This document shows, one piece after another, positions 9,579 to 19,817 of a stretch of 64,000 nucleotides of DNA. Every line of letters begins with the position of its first letter. Positions within the stretch are counted from its first letter, which is position 1. This stretch comes from an uncultured Clostridiaceae bacterium (GTDB lineage: Bacteria; Bacillota; Clostridia; TANB77; CAG-508). Made by a program: the position numbers and the translations under genes. The notes under the pieces are model-generated. The model did not search any database and was not told the DNA's origin. It saw only the letters and a program-made list of their open reading frames with translations. The stretch spans positions 47 to 64,046 of the forward strand of contig CAMMAC010000004.1 in NCBI GenBank assembly GCA_946493085.1, read 5' to 3'.

Positions 9579-9692
9579 ATCGCAATTTAACGATATTGTA
9601 GAATAAAAATAAATAAAAAGAAACATATTATACAAAAAAGCCTTATGGCAGGAATAAATCCTGCCATAAGGCTTGCATTTCATAAATAAATA

Positions 9693-10236
9693 TTACTCCT
9701 CCTTTTCAGTGCGCCAATCAAACTCTCCTATAATTTTTTCATCGTAGTCGAAAGGCCAATTATGCAGATACTCTTTTGTTACTTTTTCAGAGTCTCTGTC
9801 ATAAACATAACGCTCCTTCAACAGATTATCATTCAAATCATAGGCTTCGAGAATCACCTTCTTGGCAGACGCTATCAGTTCGGGAGAAATACCGTCCTCT
9901 CCACTAAACATCATGGGCCAATTAGGATTTTCTCTAATCTCCGTTGCTAGATTAGGATTCGGCATTAGGTATGCTGAATAAGAGTTCCAAGCACTACGAG
10001 AAATTTTCTTGATCCGGTTATGCTTTCTAGGATCAAGATGACCTGCAGTATAACCGGAAAGGAAATCTATTCCTGTCTCAGGAGCGGTGCATAGCACCTT
10101 TGCAATACTCACCAGCGACATAAGCGTCACAGTTAAACTGATATTTGCTATTCCCTAAGCGAGTAACAAGGACCTCAGCTGTTTCGCCAAGGATGTGTTT
10201 AACAACTACCTGTGTGTCCTTTTTGATTTTTTTCAT
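9693..10236 (-). pseudogene. hypothetical gene split over two frames (possible frameshift), elevated GC
   Basis: A 52-codon ORF (10078..10236) has a strong AGGAGG RBS. It overlaps by 53 nt a 145-codon ORF (9693..10130) that has only a GTG start and no RBS. GC is about 40-50% locally versus about 30% in the flanks. Confidence 0.4.
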
Positions 10237-10443
10237 TTAAAATCCTCCTGTAAGATAATATTTATTTACTTAGTGAAGAAACTTTAAGCTTAATCAAAGT
10301 TGCTAATTAACAAAATTGAATCAATGATTAGCTTAATTTTACAACACTTAGCACATTTGCTTTATATTCTATAGCAAATTCTATTTCTTTCTTTTTTATT
10401 CAAAATACACATAAAGGATGAACTTTTTTTATGCCAAGAAATA

Positions 10444-10472
10444 TTGACATATTATAACAAAAAAGTTAAAAT
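10444..10472 (+). promoter_or_regulatory. sigma-A-type promoter candidate
   Basis: TTGACA, 17 nt, TAAAAT, about 90 nt upstream of the 10564 start. Confidence 0.45.
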
Positions 10473-10563
10473 AAAAAAGTAAAACAATAATAACTAATAA
10501 ACATAATTAAAATTGTATATCTATCATGAAAATGGAAAACATAAGAAAAAGGAGAGGAGAGAG

Positions 10564-11553
10564 ATGAAAAGAAATAGCGGAGTAACAATGATATCCTTAG
10601 TAGTAACTATTATTGTTCTCATTATTTTAGCAGGAGTTAGCTTAAATATGACAGTAGGAGACAATGGAATTATCACGCAGGCACAGAAGGCAAGGGAAAA
10701 TATAGAATTAGCACAAACAGAAGAAGAACACCAGTTGAACCAATTATATGAAGAAATGCAGAATAGCGGAGATGGAATTTTTGATGATTCTGAAATAGAT
10801 GCGATAGAAAAATTAGAAAATTTTAAAAAGATAATAGCAGAAGCAATTACCAAAAAAGGTGTGGCAACAGAGCCAACAGATACTGCAGAAACTATGGCAG
10901 AAAATATAGCGCAAATATCTTCTTTTAATGGTGGAAATATAACGCCAGTGGTATCCAATGGGGCAGGGGCTACTTCTTGTAGTATTACAGTGCCAACTGG
11001 TATAACTCAAGGATATATCGTAGCTTGTGCAAATGCCTTTTATATGCCAACATTAACGATTAGCGGAAATGGCATTGATACGCAAAAAGAAGTAGCATCT
11101 TTTTCTGCAAGTCAAGCTAGTATGGGAGCAAATCACATTGTAAAAATTTTTTATTGTACTTTTGTAGAAGAAGGAATAGTTACTGCAACTATGGCAGCCG
11201 GAGGAAATAACTATGCAACTTCTCTTATGTTATTTCAAAAACCGGAAGAGATAGAAGTAGTTACATCAGCAGGTGTAGGTTCTACAACATGTAGTTTAAC
11301 AGTACCAGAAGGAACACAAGAGGGCTATTTAATAACTTGTGCGAATGCTTTCTATCTACCTGATTTATATATTACAGGAGAAGGTGTAGAAGTGCAAACA
11401 GAAATCACATCCTTTAATGCACAACAAGGTAGTATGGGGGCACATCATATTGTAAAAATATATTATTGCAAGTTTAGAGAAGGGAAAACCATTTCAGCAA
11501 AAATGTATGCATCAGGAAATAACTATGCTACATCAATGATGATTTTCCATTAA
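10564..11553 (+). CDS. prepilin-like N-terminus protein with tandemly duplicated Cys-containing C-terminal domain
   Basis: The ATG is preceded by AAGGAGAGGAGAGAG. N-terminus KRNSG/VTMISLVVTIIVLIILAGVSL. Two roughly 100-aa internal repeats (...TSCSITVP..ACANAFYMP..HHIVKIFYC..GNNYATS...). Confidence 0.75.
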   Translation: MKRNSGVTMISLVVTIIVLIILAGVSLNMTVGDNGIITQAQKARENIELAQTEEEHQLNQLYEEMQNSGDGIFDDSEIDAIEKLENFKKIIAEAITKKGVATEPTDTAETMAENIAQISSFNGGNITPVVSNGAGATSCSITVPTGITQGYIVACANAFYMPTLTISGNGIDTQKEVASFSASQASMGANHIVKIFYCTFVEEGIVTATMAAGGNNYATSLMLFQKPEEIEVVTSAGVGSTTCSLTVPEGTQEGYLITCANAFYLPDLYITGEGVEVQTEITSFNAQQGSMGAHHIVKIYYCKFREGKTISAKMYASGNNYATSMMIFH

Positions 11554-11584
11554 AAAATAACCAATAAAATAAAAGATATAAAAA

Positions 11585-11622
11585 ATAGTAAGAATCACTA
11601 ATCGAATTCTTACTATTTTTTC
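11585..11622 (+). terminator. intrinsic terminator
   Basis: ATAGTAAGAAT / ATTCTTACTAT 11-bp stem, 10-nt loop, TTTTT tail. Confidence 0.7.
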
Positions 11623-11717
11623 TTTTCTAAAAACATTTTCGTTCATGATTAGTTCATAATTCCCCTATATAATTCAAAAAATAACAAAATTCGACAAAAA
11701 AGAAGGAGGAAAAGAAA

Positions 11718-13136
11718 ATGGGAGCAGTAAAAGAAAAAACACAAGAAATAGCAATTAAACAAGCACTAAAGGAGATTAGAAAAAATCCAAAAGAAAATTT
11801 ACCTAAATTATTACAATTCGTAGAAAAATTTGATAAGGAGGGAATGTGGAAAAAGCAATATGACTTTATGGAAGAAGTAGTTTCAAACCCAGAGAATAAT
11901 TGGTATCAATATATTATGGGAATGTTAAATGACATTGATGAAAAAGTACTAGAAAAATTTATTTGTAACTTTATTGTTAATTCAGCCATAAAAGGAATTG
12001 CAAAAACAAATGAAGTAAAGGAAAGAGAAGGATGTGGAATACCATGGGCTATTGTAATGGATCCTACTACAGCATGTAATATGAAGTGTACTGGTTGTTG
12101 GGCAGCTGAATACGGAAAAAGCCTAAATTTAGGATTAGAAACAATGGATAAAATAGTAACACAAGGAAAAGAATTAGGAACTTATTGGTATCTATTTACA
12201 GGAGGGGAGCCATTGGTAAAGAAGGAAGAAATATTAACTTTATGCAGAAAACATTCCGATTGTATATTTGTTGCTTTTACCAATGCCACATTAATAGATG
12301 AAGAATTCGCTAAACAAGTAAGAGAAGTAGGCAACCTTTCTTTTTCCATTAGTGTAGAGGGAACTGAGGAGAGTACAGATGCTAGAAGAGGAAAAGGTAC
12401 TTATCAAAAAGTAATGAAAGCAATGGATATTTTAAAGAAAGAAGGAATTCTATTCGGATTTTCTACTTGTGATACTAGCCAAAATGCAGAATATGTGTTA
12501 TCAGAAGAATACCTAGATACTATGATAGCAAAAGGCTGTAAATATGGATGGTATTTTAACTACATGCCAGTAGGTTGCGATGCAGCAGTAGAATTAATTA
12601 CAAAACCAGAGCAAAGAGAAGAAATGTATCATAAACTAGCAGAATATAGAAGAACAAAACCAATCTTCACAATAGATTTCTGGAACGATGGACGTTTTGT
12701 AGGCGGATGTATAGCAGGAGGAAAACATTATATGCATATTAATGCAAATGGAGATGTAGAGCCATGCGTATTCATCCATTATTCTAATGCAAACATTAAA
12801 GACATGGATTTGTTAGATACATTAAAACAACCAATTTTTAGAGAATATCAAAAGAACCAACCATTCCATGATAACTTATTAAGACCATGTCCTTTATTAG
12901 ACAATTCTGGAAAACTAGCAGAAATGGTACATAAATGTGGGGCACATTCTACAGATTTATTGCATCCAGAAGATGTAGATAGTTTATGCGCAAAATGTCA
13001 AAAAATCTCAAAAGAGTGGGGAAAAACAGCAGATAAATTATGGGAAACAGACCCAAGAAGAAAAGAAGTAGAAGATAAAATTCCAAAGGAAAGAGAAGAA
13101 GCGAAAAAAAGATTAGCTAAATTAGAAAATTCATAG
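11718..13136 (+). CDS. radical SAM protein with SPASM/twitch-like C-terminal region
   Basis: CX3CX2C motif (ACNMKCTGCW), then GGCIAGGKHYMHINANGDVEPCVF and further Cys residues (RPCPLL, KCGA). Confidence 0.85.
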   Translation: MGAVKEKTQEIAIKQALKEIRKNPKENLPKLLQFVEKFDKEGMWKKQYDFMEEVVSNPENNWYQYIMGMLNDIDEKVLEKFICNFIVNSAIKGIAKTNEVKEREGCGIPWAIVMDPTTACNMKCTGCWAAEYGKSLNLGLETMDKIVTQGKELGTYWYLFTGGEPLVKKEEILTLCRKHSDCIFVAFTNATLIDEEFAKQVREVGNLSFSISVEGTEESTDARRGKGTYQKVMKAMDILKKEGILFGFSTCDTSQNAEYVLSEEYLDTMIAKGCKYGWYFNYMPVGCDAAVELITKPEQREEMYHKLAEYRRTKPIFTIDFWNDGRFVGGCIAGGKHYMHINANGDVEPCVFIHYSNANIKDMDLLDTLKQPIFREYQKNQPFHDNLLRPCPLLDNSGKLAEMVHKCGAHSTDLLHPEDVDSLCAKCQKISKEWGKTADKLWETDPRRKEVEDKIPKEREEAKKRLAKLENS

Positions 13137-13335
13137 AAAAGTTAAATTTTGTAACTGGTGCTAATGAAAAAATACAAAAACACTGATTAGTAACGACACA
13201 AAGTCAAAATTTTAAGATTTTAGATGCTAAAAAAGAAAAAATAGTGTATACTAAAAGAAGTAACAAAGAAAAATAAGCACTGTTTAGCTACCATAAAGAG
13301 TAGTAGGAAAAAAGCTGGAAGAAAGGAAGCAAAAA

Positions 13336-14445
13336 ATGAAAAACTATATTTTTACCTCAGAGAGTGTAACAGAAGGGCATCCAGATAAAGTATGTGATAG
13401 TATTTCTGATAGCATATTAGATGCTTGCTTAGAACAAGATAAAGAGTCTAGAGTGGCAGTAGAAACATTCATATCCAAAAACCAAGTAGTGATTGCTGGA
13501 CAAATTACAACAAAAGCGCAAATAGATATAGAAAAAATTGCAAGAGAAACAATAAAAGAAATTGGATATGATAATGAGACTACAGATATGGACTATAGAA
13601 CTTGCAAAATAGAAGTAAATGTAACCAAACAAAGTCCGGATATTGCGCTGGGAGTAGACGTAGGAGGAGCAGGAGACCAAGGCATTATGTTTGGGTATGC
13701 CTGTGACGAAACAGAAGAATATATGCCATATGCCATAGCAATGGCACACAAATTGTCCTATGAACTAACAAAAGCAAGAAAAACAGGAGAAATTCCTTAT
13801 TTAAGACCGGATGGAAAAACACAAGTAACCGTAGAATATGAAAACGATAGACCAAAAAGAATAGAAACAATTTTAATATCTACACAACATAAGCCAGAAG
13901 TAGCGATAGAGACCTTAAGAAAAGATATCAAGCAAAAAGTAATAAACAAAGTAATTCCTTCTGGAATGATGGACAAAAATACAAAAATCTACATCAATCC
14001 TACAGGAAGATTTGTGATTGGAGGACCACTAGGAGATACAGGGTTAACAGGAAGAAAAATCATAGTAGATACTTATGGAGGATATGCTAGACATGGAGGA
14101 GGAGCTTTTTCTGGAAAAGACGCCACAAAAGTAGATAGAACTGCTAGTTACATGCTTCGTCATATTGCTAAAAATATAGTAGCAAATGGATATGCCCAAA
14201 AATGTGAAATCCAAATTTCCTATGGAATAGGAATGGAAGAACCAATTTCTATGCATATAGATACCTTTGGAACAGGAAAGAAAACAGAAGAAGAATTGTT
14301 AAAAATGATAAAAGAAAAATTTGATTTAACGCCAAAAGGAATGATAGAGTACCTAAGCTTAAAAGAACCAATTTATAAAAAGACGACCAATTATGGCCAT
14401 TTTGGAAAAGATAATAGAACATGGGAAAAAATTATTGAACTTTAG
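13336..14445 (+). CDS. metK: S-adenosylmethionine synthetase
   Basis: Motifs [26 protein letters not shown] and [15 protein letters not shown]. Confidence 0.95.
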   Translation: MKNYIFTSESVTEGHPDKVCDSISDSILDACLEQDKESRVAVETFISKNQVVIAGQITTKAQIDIEKIARETIKEIGYDNETTDMDYRTCKIEVNVTKQSPDIALGVDVGGAGDQGIMFGYACDETEEYMPYAIAMAHKLSYELTKARKTGEIPYLRPDGKTQVTVEYENDRPKRIETILISTQHKPEVAIETLRKDIKQKVINKVIPSGMMDKNTKIYINPTGRFVIGGPLGDTGLTGRKIIVDTYGGYARHGGGAFSGKDATKVDRTASYMLRHIAKNIVANGYAQKCEIQISYGIGMEEPISMHIDTFGTGKKTEEELLKMIKEKFDLTPKGMIEYLSLKEPIYKKTTNYGHFGKDNRTWEKIIEL

Positions 14446-14476
14446 CTGCAATTAAGGGACGTTCTTTAAATTGCAG
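14446..14476. repeat. REP-like palindrome (GCAATT arm)
   Basis: CTGCAATTAAGGGACGTTCTTTAAATTGCAG. It is preceded by a half-arm GAACTTTAG that supplies the final E-L-stop of metK. Confidence 0.85.
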
Positions 14477-14538
14477 AACTTATTCTATCATTTAAGTAAT
14501 ATTTAAAAATTTACCAAAATGAAAAAGGAGGAAGAAAA

Positions 14539-15084
14539 ATGTTTAAAGAGTTTGTAAGAAAGTATGAAAAAAATTCTATGTTTGTTTCCATTTTAATGTT
14601 AATCTTATCTTTATTTTTAATATTTATGCCAATCAAATCTGTAGTAGCCATTATATGGATATTTAGCATATTTGTAATAGTAGATGGTATTATTCATATT
14701 GTATCTTATTGCAAAACAACACCAGAAAATAGACTAATCAATTTTGAGTTTGCAGAAGGAATTATGGAGATATTATCTGGTGTTCTAATGCTAATTAGTG
14801 CGGATTATTTAGTCATATTTTTACCAATTCTATTAGGTGTTTGGATGATAGTAAAGAGTATTATCAAAATGCAAATGGCAATTAACTTTAAAGATATAGA
14901 AGGAAGCAATTGGGTAGTGATTTTAATTTGTTCTATTATTACATTATTACTTGGTATTTTTATTATAGCAAACCCATTCCCAACAGTTTTAGCAGTTACT
15001 ATTTCCGTATTAGGAATTGCTTTGGCTGTTTATGAAATTATCAACATTGTGGAGTCAGCTTATACCATGAGTAAATTAAAATAG
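14539..15084 (+). CDS. multi-pass membrane protein, HdeD/DUF308-like
   Basis: 181 aa with 5-6 hydrophobic helices carrying repeated small-residue patterns. The family assignment is from memory only. Confidence 0.5.
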   Translation: MFKEFVRKYEKNSMFVSILMLILSLFLIFMPIKSVVAIIWIFSIFVIVDGIIHIVSYCKTTPENRLINFEFAEGIMEILSGVLMLISADYLVIFLPILLGVWMIVKSIIKMQMAINFKDIEGSNWVVILICSIITLLLGIFIIANPFPTVLAVTISVLGIALAVYEIINIVESAYTMSKLK

Positions 15085-15094
15085 TTGAAATTTT

Positions 15095-15127
15095 GGTGAA
15101 CTTTAAGGAATGTCCCTAAAGTTCACC
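15095..15127. repeat. REP-like palindrome, inverted orientation
   Basis: GGTGAACTTTAAGGAATGTCCCTAAAGTTCACC, 10 nt after the stop, followed by TTTAT. Confidence 0.85.
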
Positions 15128-15152
15128 TTTATATTAAAAAAAAGGAGAAAAA

Positions 15153-15842
15153 ATGTTTCGCATATTAGTAGTAGAAGATGATAAAAATTTGAGAAAATTA
15201 ATGGTCACTTATTTAAAAAGAAATGGATATACCTATTATGAAGCGGTGAATGGAAGAGAAGCATTAGATATCTTAGACCAAGAGTATATAGATTTAATCA
15301 TTAGTGATATTATGATGCCAGAAATAGACGGTTATGAATTAACAAAAGAATTAAGAGAGGCAAATTATACTATTCCTATTTTACTCGTAACTGCCAAAGG
15401 AGATATAGAAGATAAGAAAGAAGGATTTTTACTAGGAGCAGACGATTACATGGTAAAACCAATCGACATGGAAGAAATGATTTTGAGAGTAAAAGTATTG
15501 TTAAAAAGGGCACAAAGTGCCAATGAGAAAAAACTAAAAATAGGAGAATTCGTATTAGATTATCATCAATTATCTGCCAGCAAAAAAGGGAAAAATTATA
15601 CTCTGGCGCAAAAAGAGTTTTATTTGTTATATAAACTCTTAAGCACTTCGAATACCATTTTTACAAGACAACAATTAATAGAAGAAGTTTGGGGATTAGA
15701 CAGTGAGTCAGACTATAGGACGGTAGATGTACATATTAAAAGAATTAGAGAAAAATTAGCAGATGTAGACGATTTTGAAATTGTTACTATAAGAGGAATA
15801 GGCTATAAAGCAGTAGTGAAAGGAGAAGAGAAAAATGTTTGA
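15153..15842 (+). CDS. OmpR-family response regulator
   Basis: Receiver domain (VVEDD...DLIISDIMMPEIDG...TAKG) plus a winged-helix C-terminus (DVHIKRIREKL...IRGIGYK). Confidence 0.9.
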   Translation: MFRILVVEDDKNLRKLMVTYLKRNGYTYYEAVNGREALDILDQEYIDLIISDIMMPEIDGYELTKELREANYTIPILLVTAKGDIEDKKEGFLLGADDYMVKPIDMEEMILRVKVLLKRAQSANEKKLKIGEFVLDYHQLSASKKGKNYTLAQKEFYLLYKLLSTSNTIFTRQQLIEEVWGLDSESDYRTVDVHIKRIREKLADVDDFEIVTIRGIGYKAVVKGEEKNV

Positions 15843-16948
15843 AAAGATATTTGGCAAAAAGAAATCCATACAAAGAACGCTTAGTAGAGACTTTATTATA
15901 GCCTTAGTAGCAGTCATTATTTTTACAATCGTCCTTTTCTACATAATTGTAAATAATGCAGTTAGTTCTAAATTAATAGACATTCACGTAGAGGGAATAG
16001 AAAATATAGAAGAAATTCAATCTATCATGAGTAGAGGTCTGATTTTAGCAATTGTAAATGTGATCATAGTAGGAGCAGTTCTTATGAGATTATCTGCCAC
16101 AAAAATGTTAAACCCTATAAAAAAGCTAACAGAAGCCACAAAAAAAGTAGCGGCTGGAGATTTCCATGTAAAATTAGAAACAAAAAGAGAAGATGAAATA
16201 GGAGAATTGACGCATAACTTCAATCAAATGGTAAAAGATTTAGGAAAAATAGAATGCTTGCAAAAAGATTTTGTAGATACCATATCCCACGAGATAAAAA
16301 CTCCTATTAGTTCTATAGAAGGATTTGCAGAATTATTAAAAGAGGAAAATTTAAGCAAAGAAGAAAAAGAAGAATATATAGGAATTATTAAAGAAGAATC
16401 AGATAGACTATTACATTTGTCGTCAGATATATTAAAATTATCTAAATTGCAAAATCAAAATCGCATTACTAATAAAAAAGAAATTTCCATAGCAGAACAA
16501 ATCAGAAAAATTATTAGCACATTAGAACCAAAATGGAGACAAAAAAACTTAAGAGTACAAATAGACTTAATAGAAACACCTTTTATACGGAGACGAAGAC
16601 TTTATTTATCAGGTATGGATGAATTTAATAGATAATGCCATCAAATTCTCAAAAGACCAAGGAAAAATAGAAATAAAAATGCAAGAAAAAGGAGATAAAA
16701 TAAGAGTAGAAATAAAAGATGAAGGAGAAGGAATGGAGCCAGAAGAAACACAAAAAATATTTCAGAAATTTTATCAAGTAGATCATTCGCGCTCCGAAGA
16801 AGGAAGTGGTTTAGGACTAGCTATTGTTAAAAGAATTGTAGAGTTGTCAGAAGGAAGCATAGAGGTAGAAAGCCAGAAAGGAAAAGGAAGTAATTTTATA
16901 GTAGAACTTCCTTTAGAAAAAGAAACAGAAAAAATTATCATAAATTGA
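15835..16948 (+). pseudogene. sensor histidine kinase interrupted by a +1 frameshift
   Basis: HAMP and HisKA (SHEIKTPISSI) are in frame A, up to the stop at 16635. YGDEDFIYQVWMNLIDNAIKFS...GSGLGLAIVK (HATPase_c) is in frame A+1. The switch must lie at the T4 run 16581..16584. Confidence 0.8.
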
Positions 16949-16988
16949 ACTTTGAACTTTAGGGACGTTCCTTAAAGTTCAAAGTTTC
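16947..16988. repeat. extended REP-like palindrome between convergent genes
   Basis: GAACTTTGAACTTTAGGGACGTTCCTTAAAGTTCAAAGTTTC. The TGA of the kinase (16946..16948) and the TGA of the minus-strand flippase gene (16979..16981) both lie in its arms. Confidence 0.9.
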
Positions 16989-18490
16989 ACGTCTTCTTTT
17001 TGAATAGCTTTAAACAAGCATAAGAACAAAAAATAGCATACACCAAATAACAAAATTTCTATGCAAACTCCTATAAAAGAACTAGAGGATACAGGAGGTA
17101 AAATAGAAAGGGCAAAAGAGGATAGTAAAAGGCTAAGAAGTGGTTTAATTAGCCAATTAGCTATATCAAAATAAAAATGTGTCTCCTTCCACAAAAACCA
17201 AAGACTGACTAATCCATTTAGAATTTCACTAATGTATAGCACAATAATATAACCTACAATACCACTACTAGGAAGTAAAAAATAAATAAAAGAAATACTA
17301 ACCACTAAGTCGAGAATATTAATTCCCATCACAATTACTTGCTTGTCTAGCCCTTTTAAAATGCTATCTACAATAGAATCAATGTACATGAGCACAATAA
17401 GAGGGGCTAGAATTTTTACGAATTTCGCAATTTCCGGTTCTTGATAAATCATGCTACTTAATTCTTGTGAGAAACACCAAAAAATACCCAAAATGAAAAA
17501 GGAAAATAAAAAACTTACTTTAAATATTTTTTCAAAAGCAATTTCCATTTTACGATAACTCTTTTTCGCTTGCATGTAAGAAAACTCCGGAATCAGCAAA
17601 CCGGAAAATGAATTAATAAAAGTGCAAGGAAATAAAATAAGAGGCATAACCATACCATGAATCATGCCATAGCGAGAAATAGCATATTCGCAAGACATAC
17701 CAGACTTTTCTAATTGCAATGGAATGAGAATTTGCTTTAAAGTAGAAAGCCCAGAACGAATATAAGAGGTAATGGCAATCGGAAAGGAGATTTTTAAAAT
17801 CTGCTTGGTATAATTCGTATCTTGGTAAAGATTTGCTTTTAATTTTCTTTTGTCATGTAAGTAAAGTAAAAAAAGACAAAGAAAAGAGGCAATTTCAGAA
17901 AGAGTACTACCTAAAACTAGAGCAAGGCAGGCAGCATCTAAACCTTCTGGCATGAAAAAATTAAGAAAGCAGGAAACCAAATACATTTGCAAAAATTGTT
18001 CTAATATTTGCGAAAATACACTTTTTTTTACATTACGAAGAGCAGAGAAGTATCCATTCATAGCAGAAGACATTGCTAAAAAAGGAAGGCTAAAACTCAA
18101 TATTTGTAAAGGAAAGGTACTTATTTTTCCATGTAACCAATAGGAACAAATAACAGGAGAAAGAGCCAAAAGTAGAAAACAAGAAACAAGCCCCATACTA
18201 AGGCTATAGAATAAGCATTTTTTCATTGCCTTTTTTATGCCAGTTTCAAAACCATAAGCAAGTTGTTCAGAAACAATACGAGTAGCAGCCAAATTAATGC
18301 CAGAACAAGCAAGCGTAATGGTAAAAGAATAAACGGACATAATTAATTGGTAAATACCAACAGCCTCTGTACCAATTTTATTAGAAATATACACATTAAA
18401 AGAAAGCCCAATGGTACGCATAAGAAGGGAAGTGACTGTTAGTAGCACTCCATTTAATAAAAATACTTGAACCTTTTTCACTTTTATCAC
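16979..18490 (-). CDS. spoVB: MOP-superfamily flippase, SpoVB-like
   Basis: About 14 TM segments. Resembles B. subtilis SpoVB from memory (..GYFSALRNVKKSVFSQILEQ.., ..LSEIASFLCLFLLY..). The second GTG (18481), preceded by AGGTG, is a plausible true start. Confidence 0.65.
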   Translation of the reverse strand: MIKVKKVQVFLLNGVLLTVTSLLMRTIGLSFNVYISNKIGTEAVGIYQLIMSVYSFTITLACSGINLAATRIVSEQLAYGFETGIKKAMKKCLFYSLSMGLVSCFLLLALSPVICSYWLHGKISTFPLQILSFSLPFLAMSSAMNGYFSALRNVKKSVFSQILEQFLQMYLVSCFLNFFMPEGLDAACLALVLGSTLSEIASFLCLFLLYLHDKRKLKANLYQDTNYTKQILKISFPIAITSYIRSGLSTLKQILIPLQLEKSGMSCEYAISRYGMIHGMVMPLILFPCTFINSFSGLLIPEFSYMQAKKSYRKMEIAFEKIFKVSFLFSFFILGIFWCFSQELSSMIYQEPEIAKFVKILAPLIVLMYIDSIVDSILKGLDKQVIVMGINILDLVVSISFIYFLLPSSGIVGYIIVLYISEILNGLVSLWFLWKETHFYFDIANWLIKPLLSLLLSSFALSILPPVSSSSFIGVCIEILLFGVCYFLFLCLFKAIQKEDVKL

Positions 18491-18587
18491 CTGTAATAAT
18501 ATATGAAGAAAAGAAAAAAATAGAAGAAATAAAAAAGTAGCAAAAAAGAATACAGGACATAAAATATAAGAAAAAAGGGAGGAAATT

Positions 18588-19817
18588 ATGATAAAGCGAA
18601 GATTAATTGCTAGTGGTATGGGAATACTTTTATTTACCCTAATTAATGTTGTTCAGCCAGTTTATGCATTTGGACCAGAGAGCAATATAACTTATCAGGG
18701 AATAGATGTAAGTGGATGGCAAGAAAATATAGATTATGCAGCAGTAAAAGAAGCAGGAATAGAAATAGTCTATATGAAAGCGAGTCAAGGAACTAATTTT
18801 ATAGATCCCTATTTTGAAAGAAACTATACAGAGGCAAAAGCCAACAATCTAAAAGTAGGTTTTTATCATTACGTAACGGCAAGAACCACAGAGGAGGCAG
18901 TAATAGAGGCAAATTTTTTTGCTTCTGTGATAGGAGGAAAAACACCAGATGTGAGACTAGCAATGGACTTTGAAAGTTTTGGAAACTTGAATAGAGAAGA
19001 AATTAACGCAATTGCACTTACATTTTTAAGAACCGTAGAAAATCTTACCAAAAAAGAGATGGTAGTATATAGCAATACCAATGATGCTACCAATATTTTT
19101 TACGGAGAAGTAAGCAGATACCCATTATGGGTAGCACAATATGAGGTGGAACAACCTACTCCAAATGGAAATTGGAATACGTGGATAGGTTGGCAATATA
19201 CGGATGAAGGTAGAGTAAATGGGATAAAAAACTATGTAGATAAAGATAGATTTACACGAGAAATTTTATTGACAGATACTACAATATTACCACCAGTAGA
19301 AAAACCTACGAATCCTACATCGCCAAGTAATACAATAAGTATTATCATTCAAAGAGGAGATACTTTGTCACAAATAGCCAAAGACTATCAAACCACAGTA
19401 GGAGAACTAATACGTTTGAACAATATTGTAAATCCTAATTTGATTTATGCAGGAGAAAGACTAATGATACCGCAAAATCAAAGTACTTCTGAACAGCAAT
19501 ATGGCTCAGAAATGATATATATTGTAAAAAAAGGAGATACTTTAAGCAAAATAGCAAGCCAATATCATACAAGTGTAGTGGCAATTGCACAATATAATGG
19601 GATAAGGAATGCGAATCGCATTTACATAGGGCAAAGAATTAGAATACCAGTAGCATTTCAAGAAAAAGACATGTTTCATACTGTTTACGAAGTGAGAAAG
19701 GGAGATACGCTATGGAGCATTTCCAGAAGATATGGTGTTAGTATTGCTAGCATTATAAAGAGAAATAGAATTACAAATCCAAATTTAATTTATGCAGGTG
19801 AAAAAATTAGAATCTAA
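18588..19817 (+). CDS. GH25 lysozyme/muramidase with three LysM domains
   Basis: Signal peptide, GIDVSGWQENIDY GH25 motif, and three copies of (V/I)xxGDTLxxIAxxY...N..NPNLIYAGE. Confidence 0.9.
   Translation: MIKRRLIASGMGILLFTLINVVQPVYAFGPESNITYQGIDVSGWQENIDYAAVKEAGIEIVYMKASQGTNFIDPYFERNYTEAKANNLKVGFYHYVTARTTEEAVIEANFFASVIGGKTPDVRLAMDFESFGNLNREEINAIALTFLRTVENLTKKEMVVYSNTNDATNIFYGEVSRYPLWVAQYEVEQPTPNGNWNTWIGWQYTDEGRVNGIKNYVDKDRFTREILLTDTTILPPVEKPTNPTSPSNTISIIIQRGDTLSQIAKDYQTTVGELIRLNNIVNPNLIYAGERLMIPQNQSTSEQQYGSEMIYIVKKGDTLSKIASQYHTSVVAIAQYNGIRNANRIYIGQRIRIPVAFQEKDMFHTVYEVRKGDTLWSISRRYGVSIASIIKRNRITNPNLIYAGEKIRI

Noticed and set aside
13137-13335. SAM riboswitch upstream of metK
   Set aside because: I found no SAM-I, SAM-II or SMK-box-like conserved segments or GC-rich helices. 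The leader is plain AT-rich sequence.
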